Source: Octopus bimaculoides
Taxonomy: Eukaryota
DNA length: 34,790 nt
NCBI RefSeq assembly: GCF_001194135.2
Contig: NC_068987.1
Span: 39,474,096-39,508,885 of the forward strand
Direction of reading: 5' to 3'
In this document: piece by piece, positions 32,326-34,790 of the stretch
Position numbering within the stretch: position 1 is the first letter of the stretch
Layout: each line of letters starts with the position of its first letter
The notes under the pieces: generated by a model
Told to the model about the DNA's origin: nothing
The model's database searches: none
The model's input: the letters and a program-made list of their open reading frames with translations, nothing else
Translations under genes and position numbers: made by a program

Positions 32326-34336
32326 TCAGATCTAGGCAAATTAAGTAAGATAATTTTAGATAAATACATCAATAGATTTAATGATATTAATTACGTTACA
32401 TTATCGAATAGTACTATTGATACTTTAAAATGGTTTAATAATATTAAAGATAAAAATAGATACAAATTTATTCAAATAGATATTGATAATTATTATTCTT
32501 CTATTAATGAGATTGTACTTAATAAGGCCCTAATTTATGCCATGAAGAGGGTAGGTATGACTTATGATGAAGTCAATGTAGTTAAAATGGCTAGGAAATC
32601 GTTGATTAAATATAATAAGATGTGGGCTAGGAAAGATACTAGGGACTATTTTGATATACCAATGGGAGCACCCGATTCAGCACAGGTAACTGATTTAGTA
32701 GGTATATATTTATTATCAGAACTTCAACTTGAAAACTTAAAATTGAAGGGTGGTTTATATAGGGATGACTTTTTATTACTAAGAATTTCACCAACACTAG
32801 AATTATATAAGAAGATAATATATAGTCTTTTTAAAAGAAATGGATTAAAGATTACTATTTATAATGAGAACTATAATATATATTATTTAGATGCTAATTT
32901 TAACTTATCTACAAGTAATACCCAGTGGAGGCGCAATGGCCCAGTGGTTAGGGCAGCGGACTCGTGGTCATAGGATCGCGGCTTCGATTCCCAGACCGGG
33001 TGTTGAGAGTGTTTATTGAGCGAAACATCTAAAGCTCCACGAGGCTCCGGCAGGAGATGTACTCTTTCACCACAACTTTCTCTCACTCTTTCTTCCTGTT
33101 TCTGTTGTACCTGTAATTCAAAGGGCCAGCCTTGTCACACTGTGTCACGCTAAATATCTCCGAGAACTACGTTAAGGGTACACATGTCTGTGGAGTGCTC
33201 AGCCACTTGCACATTAATTTCACGAACAGGCTGTTCTGTTGATCGGATCAACTGGAACCCTTGACGTCGTAAGCGACGGAGTGCCAACAACAACAACAAC
33301 AGGTAATACCCAACCTTACCATAAGATTAATGAAAATATTAAATGCATTCATGCGAAAAGTAATCACCCACCCTCAATTAAAAAAAATCATTAACATTTA
33401 CTATAGGTAAGAGAATATCATTACTTTCATCTAATTTAGAGATCTTTGAAAAACATGCACCTTATTACAATAAAGCCCTTCGCAAGGCGGGATATACTAA
33501 TGATATTCAATTTTTTAATAATCCGAAGTATAATTATAATTTTATTAGTAATGATTATAATAGTAATGATTTATTTAATAAACATAACCTTTATATTTAT
33601 GATAATGTCTACTTAAGTATTTATGATAAGAATAATAGGTATTATGATAAATTACATAAACATAATAGTAATGGAGACAATAATAGATTTAAATTTAATT
33701 TTTTTAATGATAATAATAAATTTAATATAAATAATAAATACAATAATACCTATAATAAGAACAAACTTTGGCTAATCATTCCATACGGCGCTCAAGTTAA
33801 AACTAACATTAATAAAGAAACTTTGAAAGTTATTGATATATTCCTAAGTATTATAAATATAAATTAAATACTTATTCTAATAATAATAATAATAATGTGG
33901 ACCAGGATATAATTAATTATACATGTATAGATAAGACTAAATGTAAATTTAATAATAAATGCAATTTGAAGGATGGATGTCTTGTATAAATGCATAGTGA
34001 CTTTAATGGACGGGAATAAACATAATGGTTATAATTTATATAAGATTTATATAGGATTGACTTCTAATAAAATTAAATTACGAGTGGCTCAACATATGCA
34101 CTCATTTAAGAATAGAAATCTGATTAATTCTATAGGCCTAAGTAAATTGGGAACTTAAATCTAAAAATATTAACTACATTTTACAATGGGAGATAGTTTG
34201 TAAGGCGAAATCCTATCGTATAGGTAATGAATTTAAGGAGATATTATTTAAAAATTATAATATTTTGATTAATTCTTTTGATGAACGAAAAATTAAGTGT
34301 AGACATAAATTACTTTATTTATATAAGTTTAGCTAA
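32326..34336 (+). mobile_element. 5'-truncated Penelope-like retroelement (RT + C-terminal GIY-YIG), probably Naiad-type
   Basis: IDIDNYYSSI, MGAPDSAQVTDLVG, GLYRDD, YYLDANFNL, SNHPPSI, Cys-rich linker CIDKTKCKFNNKC, VLYKC...IYIGLT...KLRVAQH, C-terminal KCRHK*. Several frameshifts and a SINE insertion. Confidence 0.9.
32925..33298 (+). mobile_element. tRNA-derived SINE inserted in the Penelope-like RT, with (caa)n tail and 14-bp target site duplication
   Basis: A box tggcccagtgg, B box gcttcgattcc. Target site duplication aca(a/g)gtaataccca at 32911-32924 and 33299-33312. Confidence 0.9.
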
Positions 34337-34363
34337 CTGTGTTTATAGATATATTTATATATA

Positions 34364-34416
<53 letters not shown>

Positions 34417-34790
34417 TTCTCCGCTGACATACTACGACGAAGTCTCCAAGATGCAGATAAGATTAGAGATTTTTATTTATTTACGGCCTCAAACATCTCA
34501 TACCTTCGCGCTTTAGTCTGCCCTCTATTATTTATCTTGTTTCTCTCCATGAAATTCAATTGAATTCAGTTGTTGTCTTAAATTCATACTTATTCATTTT
34601 CTAAGCTTCCTAAATTCATGCTACGTTATATTCTATTCACCTAGAATTCATTGCTCTTTTAAAAATTACGATTTATGCATTGTTGTCTCTCAAATATTTA
34701 AAATCTACAATTAAGAGCCCTATCTACTCGCTGACGGTACCTACCCACCCCTACCCATTTTCCTTTATTCAAAAATTCTTATCGCTCCTT

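Noticed and set aside
32925-33000. tRNA genes at SINE heads (also 1152, 2086, 26437)
   Set aside because: A/B boxes are present but there is no complete cloverleaf, and each continues into a SINE body and tail.
34337-34790. Hammerhead or SECIS expected downstream of the Penelope-like ORF; selenocysteine use as in some Naiads
   Set aside because: No intact CUGANGA...GAAA core is visible, and no in-frame TGA at a conserved Cys was seen. The C-terminal CxxC region appears deleted, so this cannot be evaluated.

Overview
AT-rich, repeat-dense eukaryotic genomic DNA from a draft scaffold with five N gaps. The SINE/LINE repertoire and microsatellite load look like an octopus genome (inference, not verified). 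One host gene is visible on the minus strand: the 3' part of a U2 snRNP A' (SNRPA1)-like gene. It has a 183-nt exon (28513-28331), a 94-nt exon (26063-25970) and a phase-compatible terminal exon (20697-18322). Instead of the usual short acidic tail, that last exon encodes at least ~590 visible aa (~790 nominal, including a gap): an E/K/R/Q-rich 6/7/13-aa tandem-repeat rod followed by a polyacidic tract. The rest is mostly transposon relics: RTE and R4/Dong-like LINEs, a Penelope-like element (RT + GIY-YIG), mariner, Tc1 and maT-like transposons, a piggyBac-type MITE and tRNA-derived SINEs. There are also local duplications and an intact-looking minimal type I hammerhead ribozyme at 30824-30875 (minus). 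All family assignments come from motif recognition by eye; no database search was run.
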